From Mobula hypostoma (taxonomy: Eukaryota), in contig NC_086097.1 of NCBI RefSeq assembly GCF_963921235.1, positions 194,310,001 through 194,374,000 on the forward strand: a stretch of DNA of 64,000 bases, written 5' to 3'. Of the stretch, positions 13,839 through 27,636 are shown piece after piece. The translations under genes and the position numbers were made by a program. Below the pieces are notes generated by a model, which was given only the letters and a program-made list of their open reading frames with translations, was not told the DNA's origin and did no database searches. How positions within the stretch are numbered: position 1 is the first letter of the stretch; every line of letters starts with the position of its first letter.

Positions 13839-14841
13839 CTACAAAGTCAAGAAATTCATGTTTAAAGGATTGAGGACTGAATTAACAGAACTGTCTTTTT
13901 CTCCATTCTTGCTATTACTTAAAGTACAGTGCATGTTGTTCATAATCAATATACAAATTTTAAGTTCACGTGAACTGAAAATTTAAGTTAGCGTGATAAC
14001 AAACTGCAAAAATAACACCAACACACAAAGCCTCAGGAACTCAGCCGATCACACAGCATTTATAATGAAATGGGCAGTCAATGTTTTGGGTGGTGGCCCT
14101 TCATCTGGACAGAAAGAGAAGGGGTGGATCAAGAGCAGGTAAACGATAGGTATATCCAGACAAGAAAATCTGCAGATGCTGAAATCCAAACAACACACAC
14201 AAAATGCTGGAGGAAGTCAGCAGGCCAGACAGCATCTATGGAAAGGAGTAAACAACTGATGTTTTGGGCTGAGAACCTTCATCACGACTACATCAGTACT
14301 AGGTATGTCCAGGGTTTTTTTTTTGGGGGGGGAAGGATGGGGGGGTTGGGGTTGAGAAGGGGGGGATTGGGGTTGAGGAGGGGCGATTGGCAAAATGAGA
14401 ATAACATCAAAAGATAAACAGTGACAGACTAAATCTACTGCAGGTTTAATAATAAACTAACTGAATTAATTCCCTTGGAGATTAAGAAACCACTTTTTGT
14501 TACTACTGGTAATTTGTTGCTGAAGATAGTATACTCTTAAGATATATATTTACATATAACCATTCCTCTCAAACAAGGTTTAGTTTTTTGAAGTTCAAGA
14601 TATCTTTAATAAAACAACCAGGTCTATTCTTTAATATGTACATTAAAATCAAAACTCAGCTGAGTTGGGAAGCATGGAAACAAAAAACTTCTCATCCTCA
14701 ATATAAAGGAATAACTTACTGCTCCCTTCAAAGGCTGCAAATGTAAGAAACTACCTTCAAACACTTCCATATTGGAACAAAGTTGTCCCCTCCTCACTAC
14801 CAAGTCCATTATTTGACCATTGAAATGAAAAATAATCTTAC

Positions 14842-15052
14842 TGAATGGGCAGCTAGTATCCTCAGGGTAGGTTTCCTTATCATACAGGAAAGGATGATAA
14901 CGTATTACTCCTTCTACAACCCCTTCACCTTCCACATGTGCTTTAAATTCAAAGCTGTCAGCTGCAGTGTTGATGAACAGAGTCTGCATGTCATCTTTTA
15001 TTTCCCTTAGATTTACAATCTTAGGGACTTTTCCCTTCTCGAACATTGAGAT
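14842..15052 (-). CDS. SMCHD1: SMCHD1 exon 10 (211 nt, [18 protein letters not shown]...[20 protein letters not shown])
   Basis: ORF 14624..15046 matches human. Boundaries tttttag| and A|GTAAGA. Confidence 0.97.
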
Positions 15053-15666
15053 CTAAAAAGGGACATGAAAAGAGACATCAGCACCGAAGATGCACTGCAA
15101 TAACATCAAGTTACATTATCAAATCAAATTGTGATAAAGAAATCACTGAATAAATCCTCAGTTCATCAGTTCAATCTTTTTGTATCTTAATATTTAAGGC
15201 CAAGAAGTTCAGAAAGAGGTATTCAGAAGAGTCACAGCATCACAGAAACAAGCCCTCTTGCCCACCTCATCTACACTGAACATGAAACCTATCTACATTA
15301 ATCTCATTTGTCCACACACCAAGTCCATATCCCTCTACTCCTTTCTTACGCAAATGCCTTTTAAATGGTGTAATTGTATCTGCACCCACCATTTCGCTAG
15401 CAACTTATTGCATTTTACCATACTTTGCGCACAATGTTTGCCCCCAATCTTAAATCTATGCCCTCTAGTTTTCAGACTTCCCCCTGCTGTAGGGGGAAAA
15501 AAAAACTGCTGACACATCTATTCTCATGGTTATGAATCTCCATAAAGATTATCCCCTGGCCTCCAAAGTTTCAGAGAGAATAAACAATACAACAAATTTC
15601 TTTTAAACCACAGTCCTCTAGCCTAGGCAGCACTCTGGTGAACCTCTTCGGCTCACTTCCTACTAC

Positions 15667-15800
15667 TACCATACTAGTCATAGTCATACTTTATTGCTCC
15701 TGGGGGAAATTGGTTTTCATTACAGTTGCACCATAAATAATAAATAGTAATAAAACCATAAACAGTTAAATAGTAATATGTAAATTATGCCAGGAAATAA
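15667..15800 (-). mobile_element. 3' tail of a Rex1-like element flanked by a 46-bp direct duplication
   Basis: Reverse complement of the tail at about 38180-38313. Duplicated flanks at 15621-15666 and 15801-15846. Confidence 0.75.
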
Positions 15801-16389
15801 GTCTAGGCAGCACTCTGGTGAATCTCTTCAGCTCACTTTCTACTACAGTATAACCTTTCTACTGCAGTACACAGAATTGTACATCATGTTCCAAGTGCAT
15901 CCTGAGCAGTGATTTGTACAGCTACAATGTGACATCCTGACTCTTCCACTCCACGCCTCCATGTCTGGGGAGCTCTGAACTTGCACCCAGGGTCCCTCCA
16001 AGATCAGCACTCCCAAAATGAGTACATACCCATACAGTTGCTATTGATTATCCCAAATTCCATTATTCTATACTTGCCTGGATTGCATCCCATCTTCCAC
16101 CATTCTGCACAAATTTTGAAATGGTCCATGACATCAAAGTTCCACATCATCTTACCACATTCTTTTCCATTTACTACCCGTTTTTATACAGTCAGCACTT
16201 ACTAATTAGACCACCTATATTCTCATCCAAGTTTCTGTAGTATTCTTGTAGTATGCACTGGTTAGACTTCCAGTAAAAAAACTATTTTCTACCTTCCAAT
16301 ACCTTCTACCTCCTATCACCAAATCCATCTTGAATACTGTTTACCAACACACTTGTGCCCTAACCTTGAGAGGAAAGAGAACAGATATA

Positions 16390-17738
16390 GAGTGCCTATA
16401 AAAAGTATTCACCACCCTTGGAAGTTTTTATGTTTTATTGTTTTACAACATTGAATCACAGTGGATTTAATTTGGCTTTTTTGGAACTGATCAACAGAAA
16501 AGACTCTTTTGTTTCAAAGTGAAAACAAATTTCTACAAATTGGTCTACATTTATTACAATTATTAAAGAACAAAATAATTGATAGCATAATTACTCACCT
16601 CCTTCAAGTAAGTAGGCAGCAAATACAGCCATTCAAGAATAGGTCTCTATTGGCTTTGCACATCCGGACACTGCAATTTTTCCCCATTCTGCTTTACAAA
16701 ACTGTTCAAGCTCTGTCAGATTGCATGGGGATCATGAATGAACAGCCCTTTTCAAGTCCAGCCACAAATTCTCAATTGGTTTGAGGTCCAGACTCTGACT
16801 TGATTACTCCAGGACATTAAACTTTGTTATTCTTAAGCCATTCCTGTGTAGCTTTGGTTTTATGTTTGGGGTCATTGTCTTGCTGGAGAACAAATCTTCT
16901 CCCAAGTCGCAGTTTTCTTGCAGACTAATTTAGGTTTTCCTCCAGGATTTCCCTGTATTTCGCCATATTTATTTTATCCTCTACCTTCAGAAGCCTTCTA
17001 GGGCCTACTGCAGTGAAGCATCCCAACAATATGATGCGGCCACCACCATGCTTCATGGTAAGGATAGTCTGTTTTTGATGATGCACGGCATTTGTATGCG
17101 CAGTCTCACCCACTGAGCTTGTAAATCCTCCATAGTTGTCATAGGTCTCTTGGTGGCCTCCCTCACTAGTCCCCTTCTTGCACGGTCACTTAGTTTTTGG
17201 GGATGGCCTGCTCTAGGCAGATTTGCAGCTGTGCATGTTTTTTCCATTTCTTGATAATTTATTCCAAGGGATATTCAGTGACTTGGAAATTTTTTTGCAT
17301 CCATCTGTTCAATTGTGCTTTTCAATAGGAGTTGCTTGGAGTGTCCTTTTGTCTTCATGGCGTAGTTTTTGCCAGGATACTGACTGACCAGCAATTGGAC
17401 CTTCCAGATAGAAGTGTTACTATAATCAATTGACTGCACATGGGTGATCTCCATTTAACTAATTATGTGACTTCTAAAACCAATTGCCTGTACCAGTGAT
17501 GATTTGGTGTGTCATATTAAAGGGGGTGAATACTTATGCAGTCAATTATTTTGGGCCTTATATTTGTAATTAAATTCGATCACTTTGTAGAGATTTGTTT
17601 TCACTTTGACACGGAAGAGTCTTTTTCTGTTGATCAGTGTCAAAAAAACCCAGATTAAATCCACTGTGATCCAATGTTGTAAAAATAATACATGAAAACT
17701 TCCGGGGGGGGGGGGGTGAATACTTTTTACAGACACTG
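16390..17738 (-). mobile_element. Tc1-like DNA transposon, decayed
   Basis: Long TIRs (AGTGCCTATAAAAAGTATTCACC / GGTGAATACTTTTTACAGACACTG), TA flanks, TMKHGGG and GHPQKLS transposase remnants. Confidence 0.9.
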
Positions 17739-18967
17739 TAATTATTATGACAAAATCACTTCACATTCCAACAAATACCAAAACATATTTTCAATATATT
17801 TTCCTATCAAAAAGTCTGCAAGAATAAAATTTAAAAATTAATAATCTTAAGTAATAAATAATACTGAAGAACTTTCCCATTACTCAGAAAAGACAAATTT
17901 AAAATCATATTCCATTTTTCCACACATCATTCCTTTACGACCCCCAAGATTTGTATAGCCACTGCAACTGAAATCCATTTCCACGGTATAATTTTCTGTG
18001 TTGGAGTTCTCTTTAAAACAGCAAATTTGTCATGAAATTGGACAACATAATTATTTGAGCTTTATTCAATGCTTTCATTCTTGATTCAACAATCCTTTCA
18101 AGACAAGACTTTTTCCTCAACTTAAATATACTTTAAAATTAACAAAACAAATAGACATAAAATAAACTTGGATGTGCAGTGTGAAACAGATCTGTTGTAC
18201 GTTTGGAACAAAGAAACACTGAAGCAAAAATATGGAGCATTATATCCTTTAAGTGACTAGGGAAAGAAATAAATGAGATTTAAAATCACCATTTCTTAAT
18301 AAAAAGTAAATGAAACAACTCTAATTAAGAATGCAAGTAGGGAGCAAAAAGGCCCTTTGAACTTATTGAGCTATTCAATGACTGATCTACCTCAACACCA
18401 TTTTCCCACCTTATTTGTAAATTCCTAAATTATTTCAATATTCAGAACCCTGTCAATTTTAATTTGAATGAAATGAACTCAGCATTCACAATAGTGATGA
18501 GGTAGAGAATTTCAAAAATTGACTATCCTCCAAATGAACCAATTTCTCAATTTAATATTAGGCAGCCACGCTTTATTCTGACACTCTTCACACACCCAAA
18601 CCCATCTGGCTGCACTAACTCCAGCTCTACTTACCTCAGCGAGAAGAAACATCCTCCTACATTCCCCAGTCAAGCCTTCTACATTATAAGGCCAGCTCTC
18701 ATTTTTAAAAAACTCAATAGCATAGAGGCTCAGCCAAATTAATTTCCTCATTTGAAACAGAGAAAGATGTACTAAGCAGTGTACCAGTCTAGTGAAACAA
18801 TGCTGTAATCCCTCTTTGAACAAGTATATTACATACAATACTCCAAGTGTGGTTTTGTCCAGGTCTGATAATAGTTTGAGCAACATCTCACGTACTCAAA
18901 TAAACTTGCAAAGAACAGTTAACATGATTTTCTTTTACAATTTTTCCAGCAGTCAGTACAAACTTGC

Positions 18968-19058
18968 CTCTATGTCAATATTGTTGAAATACCCGACTTC
19001 TTTATTGGCCTCCATGTCATTTCCTTTGGGTCCATGAATATAGTAGTGATAAATATGT
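18968..19058 (-). CDS. SMCHD1: SMCHD1 exon 9 (91 nt, [30 protein letters not shown]), GC donor
   Basis: [13 protein letters not shown] is identical to human. Acceptor ttcttag|. Donor GAG|GCAAGT keeps the frame with exon 10. Confidence 0.93.
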
Positions 19059-19344
19059 CTAAGAATACAGCAAGAATATTAGTATTTTTCATCTATCAGT
19101 TAAAAATTGTCAGTAATATAGTAACTACAGAGCCAAAAATATATAGTGTATGAAACAATTAGACTTTGACACTAAGGAGATGGTAGGCCTTCGTAATCAA
19201 AGTTCATGCAAAGATATGAAATCCTAATTACTGTGTATTTAAAGACAAATATATCCCATTTTAGCATCTAAGACCTACAGGAAGAATCAGAATATTGACA
19301 GGAAGTTGTTGTGGTGGCTTAAACTATTTCCCTTAAGTACGAAA

Positions 19345-22300
19345 GACCTGTGCTGATCAACTGGCTGGCGTGTTCACCGATATCTTCAACATCTTGCTTC
19401 AGCAGTCTAAGGTAACCACCTACTTCAGGCAGGCTTCAATTATACCAGTGTCTAAGAATGTGTTAAGCTGCCTCAATGGCCATCATCCAGTAGCACTTAC
19501 ATCCACTGTGGTGAAGTGTTTTAAGAGATTGGTAGTGAAATATATCAACTCCCGCCTGAGAAACGACTTGGATCCACTTCAATATGTCTACTGTCACAAC
19601 AGATTAACAGCAGATACAATTTCATTGGCTCTTCCCTCAATCCTGGAATATCTGGACAGCAAAGACGCAAACATCAGGATCCTCTTCATTGACTACAGCT
19701 CACCATTCAATACTATCATCTTTCCACAACTAATCAATAAGCTTTGAGACCTAAGCCTCAATACCTCCTTACATAACTGGATCCTGGATTTCCTCAATTG
19801 CAGACCCCAGTCAGCTCGGAATTGGCAACATCTCCTCTACAATCTCCAACGGCACAGGTGCACCCAAGGCTGTGTGCTTCGCCCTCTACTCTACTCACTT
19901 TATACTTAAAACTGTGGTTAAGGCGGCTTATGGAATGCTTTCTTTTATTAGTCGAGGCATTGAGTTCAAAAGTCAAGAGATTATGTTGCAACTTTATAGA
20001 ATTCTGGTTAGGCCACAACTGGAGTATTGCACACAGTTCTGGTCACCCCACCAGAGATAGATGTTGAGGCTTTGGAGAGAGTGTAGAAGATGTTTACCAG
20101 GATGCTACCTGGTTTAGAGGCCATGTGCTATCATGAGAAGCTGGATAAACTTGGGTTGCTTTCTCTGGAGTGGCAGAGGCTGAGGGGAGATCTGATAGAG
20201 CTTTATAAGATTATGAGAGGCAGAGAGAGAGCAAACAGGGAGTATCTGTTTTCCAGGGCTGAAATGGCTAACACGAGAGGGCATTCATCCAAAGTGAGAG
20301 GGGGTAGTTCAAAGAGGATGTGAGGGTTAAGTGTTTTGTTTTTACCCAGCGTGTTGGATGCCTGGTATGGTGGTAAAGGCAAATACAGTACTATATATTA
20401 GAGGCTTTTAAGAGACGTTTAGATAAGTACATGGTTGTAAGGAAGATGGTGGGATATGGGCATTATATAGGTAGGAGGGATTAATGTTTGAGTGCTTTTG
20501 ATTTGCATTTTTGCTGGTTTGGCACAACATTGACCATAAGATCATCAGATATAGGAGCAGAATTAGGCCATTTGGCCCATTGAGTCTGCTCCACCATTTC
20601 ATCATGGATAATCCAATTTTCCTCTCAGCCCAATCTCCTGTCTTCTCCCTATATCCCTTCATGCCCTGACCAATCAAGAATCTATCAACCTCTGCCTTAA
20701 ATATATTTAAAGTTTGGCCTCCACAGCTGCCTGTGGCAAAGAATTCCACATATTCACCACCCTCTGGCTAAATAAATTCCTCATCTCCATTCTAAAAGGA
20801 TGCCCCTCTGTTCTGAGTCTGTGTCCTCTGGTCTTAAGACTCTGCCACCACAGGAAACATCCTCTCCATATCCATTTTATCAAGGCCTTTCACCATTCAA
20901 TAGATTTCAATGAGGTCACCCCTCGTTCTTCTGAATTCCAGTGAATACAGGCCCAGAGCCATCAGACACTCTTCATATGACAAGCCATTCAATCCTGGAA
21001 TCATTTTCATGAATCTCCTTTGAACCCTCTCGAGTTTCAGCACATCCTTTCCAAGATAAGGGGCCCAAAACTGCTCACAATATTCCCAGTGAGGTTTCAC
21101 CAGCCCTTTAAACAGTTTCAACATTACATCATTGCTTTTATATTCTAGTACTTTTGAAACAAATGCTAACATTGCATTTGTCTTCCTCACGACAGACTCA
21201 ACCTGCATATTAACCTTTAGGGAATCCTGCATAAGGACTCCCAAGTCCCTTTGCATCTCAGTTTTTGTATTTTCTCTCTACTTAGAAAACAGTCACCCCC
21301 TTTATTTCTTCTACCAAAATGCATGACTATATACTTACAAACACTGTATTCCATGTGCCATTTACTTCCTCAATATTACCTGCCCCTCAGTTATCTTCAT
21401 ATCATCTACCAACTTTTGAACAAAGCCATCAATTACATCATCCAAATCATTGACATATAAAGTAAAAAAAATCATTCCCAACACAGACCTCTGTGGAACA
21501 CCACTAATCACCGGTAGCCAGTCAGAAAAGGCTCCCTTCATTCCCACTCTTTCCCTCCTGCCAATCAGCTGCTGCTTTATCTATGTAAGAATCTTTCCTG
21601 TAATAATATGGACTCGTAGCTTGTTAATCAGCCTCTCGTGTGGCACCTTGTCAAAGGCCTTCTGAAAATTCAAGTACACAACATCAACCAATTCGCCTTT
21701 GTCTATCCTGTGTGTTACTTCTTAAAAGAATTCCAACAGATTTGTCAGGCAAGATTTTTGCTTGAGGAAACCATGCTGACTATGGCCTATTTTACCATGT
21801 GCCTCCAAGTATCCTGAGACCTCATCCTTAATCCAATACCTTCCCAACTACTGAGGCCAGATTAGCTGGCCTATACTTTCTTTTCTTCTGCCTCGCTCCC
21901 TTCTTGAAGAGTGGAGTTACATATGCAATTTTCAAGTATTCTGGAAACATTCCAGAACCTAGTGAGTGCAAATGGCCTGTTCATTTGTTTTGTTTGTTCG
22001 AAGCACAGCTCTAAAGCAATATTTTCGACACCACTGTAGCTTGCAGAATCAAAGATGGTGACAAATCAGCATATAGGAGGGAAAATAAAAACCTGTCTGA
22101 ATGGTGCCACATAAACCTCTCACACAATATTAGCAGGATCAAAGAGATGATTATTGACTTCAGGAGGAGGAAATTGGAGATCCATGAGCACCTCTCCTCA
22201 ACTTGGGGGTGGGGGGGTGGAAGAGATGGGAAATCAGAGGTGCATAGGGTCAACAACTTTAAATTCCTTGGTATTTTCATTTCAGAGGATCTGGCCTGGG

Positions 22301-22905
22301 TCCAGCATGAAAGTGCAATTACTAAGAAAGCATGGCATTGACTATTCTTTCTTAGAGTATGTGAAGATTCAGCATGTCATCCAAAACTCCAACAAATTTC
22401 TATAGATGTGTGGCCAAGAGTATACTGACTGGTTGTATTATGGCCTGGTATGGAAACACCAATGCCCAAGAATAGAAATGCTTGCAAAAAGTAATGGATA
22501 GAGCCCAGTCCATCATGGGTAAAACCCTCTCCACCACTGAGCAGGTGATACAGGAGCCTCAGAAACCGCACCACCAGGTTCAGGAACAGTTATTACCACT
22601 CAACCATCAGGCTCTCGATCCAGAGGGGATAACTCCACTCAACCAACTCACTGAACTGTTTCCACTTTCAAGGACTTTCATCTCATGTTCTTAATATGTA
22701 TTGCTTATTAATTATTATTTCCCTTTTGTATTTGCAGAGTTCATTGTCTTTTTCACATTGGTTGTGTTCCGTCCTATCGGGGGCAGTCTTTTTTTAATTC
22801 TATTATGTTTCTGATATTCACTGTGAATAACCACAAGAAAATGAATTTCATGGTTGTATATGGTGACATACATGTACTTCGATAATAAATTTACTTTGAA
22901 CTTTG
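19345..22905 (+). mobile_element. Rex1/Babar-like element split by two CR1 insertions (about 19906-20532 on +, about 20533-21965 on -)
   Basis: FTDIFN...PVALTS...FIDYSS in the left part, resuming at about 22010. CR1 EYC.QFW motifs in between. Confidence 0.75.
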
Positions 22906-23330
22906 GTAAGTATCAGAGGAACAAGAATCTGGTGAGGAAGGCTCAACAATTGCTCGACAGAATAAACCAGGGACTAAACTGGAGCATACCACTATTCATG
23001 AACATACATCATGGAAAAATATAGTAGTAAAACTGGCAAACTTTAATGTTGTCTCCACGTAATAAGATTCCTGTAGAATGCAAATAACAAGCAGTCCCAA
23101 ATATTTAAAAAATCTACTTACATAGATATGACTGCACGGATCATATTATAGATTCTATAAACTACAATGCTAACCTATTTCCCCATGAACAACTCCACTT
23201 ATATCCACTTTAGGCCACAGTATAGTTTATGGTAATAATGACATGAGGCTCAAGGTGAAATTCAGGTGACTTAACAGTTGATTGATGGATCAGAAGGTAG
23301 TTATATTCATGTTTGACACTTGCTACTTAC

Positions 23331-23497
23331 GCCAATTGCCGAGTCCAGAGATGAAAGTAGCTCTTCAAGTATTGTATGTGAGCTTGCTGAACTCCAGTAA
23401 TTACTACAGCAGTAAAGCTTTCCTTGTTTTTTTCTTCCATTATGAGGCTATGAAGGAATCGTTCATCTTCACTAGTGACATGCATTGAATCAGTTGG
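23331..23497 (-). CDS. SMCHD1: SMCHD1 exon 8 (167 nt, [16 protein letters not shown]...[10 protein letters not shown]...YFHLWTRQL)
   Basis: Translated by hand. Boundaries caatag| and GC|GTAAGT. Confidence 0.96.
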
Positions 23498-24444
23498 CTA
23501 TTGATAAAGAAACATTTAGTATAGCAGAATGATTTTCTGTCACTTAACAGCCAAATTTTAAGCAACAAGATTTCAAAATGCACACCATCTTTCTCAACAA
23601 TTAAATGTCTACCATATGAACTAACATCCATGTACAAAAACTGAATTTAAATGGGTTAACTGATAACCTAGAATTGTGTGTGTCCAGTCCTGATAAAGGG
23701 TCTCAGCCCAAAACATCGACTGTACTCTTTCCCAAAGATACAGCCTGGCCTGCTGAGTTCCTCTAGCATTTTGCTTGGATTTTGTCTTGTTTGTGATTGG
23801 ATTACTACACTGCAAAGTCTTTTCAGGGATGCCTAGCCTGAAGAAGTTTACATCTTCCCTTTGACGGGAGTTCAGTGAAACCCTCATTCACTGCTATCAC
23901 TCTGTGACCTCTGAGGCCCTCCGACTCTTCGGCCACATGCTTACAACAGCCATGTATCCTTCCTGGGAACATGACACCAATCAACTTCCCAGCTCTTTAC
24001 TTCATCCTCCCCCCTCCCCCCACCTTTTAAATCTACTCATCTTTTTTTCTCCAGTCCTGCTGAAGGATCTCAGCTCGAAATGTCAACTGTATTGTTTTCA
24101 ATAGATGCTGCCTGGCCAGCTGAGTTCCTCCAGCACTTTGTGTGTGTTACTTGGATTTCCAGCATCTGCAGATTTTCTCTTGATTGCATGATTAAACTGC
24201 CTCAGCTTCATCCATGTTAACTAATCAGTTGCATGTCATAAGCAAATTAATTCATGTGACTTCAATCCAAACTCATTTAGTTATCAGGTACATGCAATTA
24301 GTAATGGCATGCAAAACATTCATTTCATCAGACTGCATTACTCAAGAAATCTATTGGGATTAAACACAAGTCAGATTTTCCCTCAGTTGTTAAACCTTTT
24401 AAATGGATTGCCACTCTAAAATGCAAAGGCCTCGAAGACACTAC

Positions 24445-24564
24445 CTTTCTGTTCCTGATGAACCCGCTGTATATTGCTTCCTTATTTTTTTCTTTCTTCT
24501 CAAAGTCATCTTTTGAAAGTATCAGCTCATGCACATCTTGTGAATCTGTTGGTTTGGTTATCAT
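24445..24564 (-). CDS. SMCHD1: SMCHD1 exon 7 (120 nt, [40 protein letters not shown])
   Basis: Direct match to the human sequence. Boundaries ccccag| and AAG|GTAGTG. Confidence 0.97.
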
Positions 24565-25628
24565 CTGGGGATAAAAAGACTTGCTAAAACATGCAATTGG
24601 AAAACAAATTTTCACCCATTATATTTTGATTCTTATAAATTAAATAACTATTACAAATAGTTGGTGAAAAATGTAACTACTGCACTCTTGAATTAACTAA
24701 TTTTTTAAAAATACATAACACTTCATAAATTATACTTTTGCGTAACTAGTAATGAGTATATAATTTCAGCAAAATATTAACGGTATACCAAAATACAGTT
24801 CTGAAGTCTTCAGCATATTCCAATTAAACATGTTGCTTTCTGCACTGATGCGGTTATGTATTATTTTTCAAAGATCTTTTGAAATGAAACCATGATCACA
24901 GAACAATTTACTGAAATACCATGTTGTACAATTTTATGTAGATTAGAACTAACTTTGGTTTTTCCATGTAAATAATTTAAGTTCACTGTAAGACTAAAAA
25001 AACAAATATTTTGCAGTATTACATTTCAAGAAAGTACAGGTCCTCTCTAGATTACAAATGCCTGATTCACAAATAGCCTGGACATTTGGGAGACAGGCAG
25101 GATGGATTTGTCAGCTGCAGAAGGGCTACAACACTATCTGCCAAGTAGAACAGGCCAGTTCCATATGCCTTCGCCCAACCCAAACATCACAACAATCAGG
25201 AGCTAGATAAAGTGGATTGAGCTGAGCAGAATCAAAACCACTAAGACTCCCTCATTCCCCAATCAGTGACACCAGCCTGCTGCTCTTCCTGCACCTGCAC
25301 CTTCTCTCTTCACAGTTGTTTTGTGTTCCTCTCCCAAACACTGATTTTGTGCATTTCAGGGTTACCAACAGTTCTCAGGAATTGCCTCCAGCAAGATCAA
25401 CTTAATGTGATATCTAACTACACACAGTTCCTACTTTGCCCTCAGTTTTTGCTAACAAAGATATGATTCACCCTACTTACTATAGGAACACATATATGTT
25501 CTAATTTCATCAGAACAGCTTGAAGAAAAAAAAATCAATGCTTTATTCAAAAACTTAAATTCAGAAGTTGCTAAAAGCAATCTTCTGATATTAAACACGT
25601 GCTAGTATTCTTAAATTTATCAACTTAC

Positions 25629-25743
25629 TCTAGTTGACTGGCCAATGAAGAAAACTGCTTGTTTCCCACCAACACCGAAATATGAAATGTCACTGTTCAG
25701 GCTGCGTGGCACCACAGATGGACGAACATATCCTGAGTGGTCA
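25629..25743 (-). CDS. SMCHD1: SMCHD1 exon 6 (115 nt, [38 protein letters not shown])
   Basis: [12 protein letters not shown] motif III. Boundaries cctcag| and AGA|GTAAGT. Confidence 0.97.
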
Positions 25744-26730
25744 CTGAGGAAATAAGAATAATACTTTCCTTTTGAAAATCTGTGGAACAGTTCGACATCA
25801 ACTTAATATTTTGCTTCCAAAATAGATATAACTCACTGTTTATTACGTACTAATTGTTATTAGCAGATTCGCCTAATTTGATGCTGATAGTCAACACAAA
25901 GATAAAGGATTATATAATTAGTGCTACTGTAAACTAATCGAAAATATTTATCTAATTGTTAACCTGACTTTGTAGAATATAAACTAGACAAATACTCCAA
26001 GACACAGAGAACTGGTGTTCTCTGTGATTAAAATGATTCAAGTTATTCAAACCTAAGACTTGTTAGCGCAGGTCTTACCCTGATAACACACAGGTCCAAT
26101 ACCAGGACCTACATGTACACTGTAGCAGGATGTTCAAGAAAAAAACCTATTTTTACAAGGATACAATATATTATTAATACTACAAGGCTTATTTTAGAAG
26201 TACTGAACTTTATTTATTCAAAGAAATGACAATATCTTGTTCAATCCTTGCTACAAATCCAATTCTTTATATATTTTCTCTCTTATTACTGTTTCTAAAG
26301 ATACACATTCACATTGAGGTAAAGGCCATTGTGCAGCAGTCTCCCTACAGCACTCCATTCTGTGGCCATTCTTCATGAGAAAAACACTCTGATTGTAAAT
26401 AAGCAACTCCAGAAAGAGAAAAAATATGCTTGTAAACCCGGTCCTGTTGTTGTCTACATGTAAACTACTTTAAACAGGAAGTTGGATCCAGTGGCAATTC
26501 CAGGATTTTCAGTATCTGTCGGGGTTTTTTTTTGCATTTCAATAAAGCCCCAAATAGTTTTTCACCCAGGGAAAATCATTTTAAACTACTTGGAAAATCA
26601 CGTCAGTACCCGTTTCCATTTGAAGGCCACTTGATGATGAAAAGTTCAACATATTTAAACAGCAATGAGCAATATGAACCACTACCTTCATTCAAATTAA
26701 ATTAAATGCATTTTTATATAAGAAACAAAC

Positions 26731-26864
26731 CTTTCAACGTCGTCCTCAGTTCTGGTGAACTTGGAAAGCCGATATACAGCCCAGTTGTTAAGTTGTTTAG
26801 ATGTCATTCCCCTCCCATTGTCAATTACAGCCACAGCTGGCTTACCTTGAGATTCATCAAACAA
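26731..26864 (-). CDS. SMCHD1: SMCHD1 exon 5 (134 nt, [44 protein letters not shown])
   Basis: DNGRGM GHKL motif II. Boundaries tttaaag| and AG|GTTTGT. Confidence 0.97.
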
Positions 26865-27636
26865 CTTTAAAAAAAAAAGACAAATAGGCCACAGTTAAAT
26901 GACAATCTGTAAGCTGGACACAACTGGGAGAATATGGACAATAATTGTACAAAGGTGCAGATATGAAATTGGAACCCAAATATGGAATCATACACAAGGT
27001 CAAGCAGCCAGTTGCACCAGTTGTTTTTGAACAGTCCCATACATCAGTTCTTTCTCCATAGTTATATAATTATTTTCTCTATGCATTTTCCCCATTCATT
27101 ATAAATTCACTTCCAGGCCGCCAAACACTGTTGACCTGCAGCAGTAGCTCCCATTGAAAACAGTTGAAATCATCAGATATTCTGGTTTTAGCCTGCTGCT
27201 GCTGAGAACCATAACTGCTTAATGTAAATCAGAGTTTTTTGTTTATCATGTATTTCATTGTATTGCTGCCGTAAAGTTAATATATTTCACAAAATATGCT
27301 GGTGATATTAAACCTGATTCTGATTCTGAATTCATATACAAACATAAGAAACAGGGTTAAGTCTGCTCAGCCATTCAATGAGGTCTTGTTTGATCCACAT
27401 CTTTGGCCTCAATACCATCTTCCAGCTCCTTCGTCAAATCTCGACTGTCCTGTTTGAAATGTCTTAATCCCTGCCTTAAATATATTAATGATTCTGCCTT
27501 CTCAGTCCTCTAACCATCAGAAGAACTTCCTTCTCACCTTAATCTGAAATGGTTGACCCTTCATTCTAAAACTGGTTTTAGACTAGTTTCAGGATGATGG
27601 GTCAACCATTTCAAATCAAGCTGAGAGGGAATTTAT

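Noticed and set aside
26838..26850. Consensus donor CAAG|GTAAGC inside exon 5
   Set aside because: It would give a 19-nt frameshifting exon and is explained by conserved QGK codons. There is no evidence of use.
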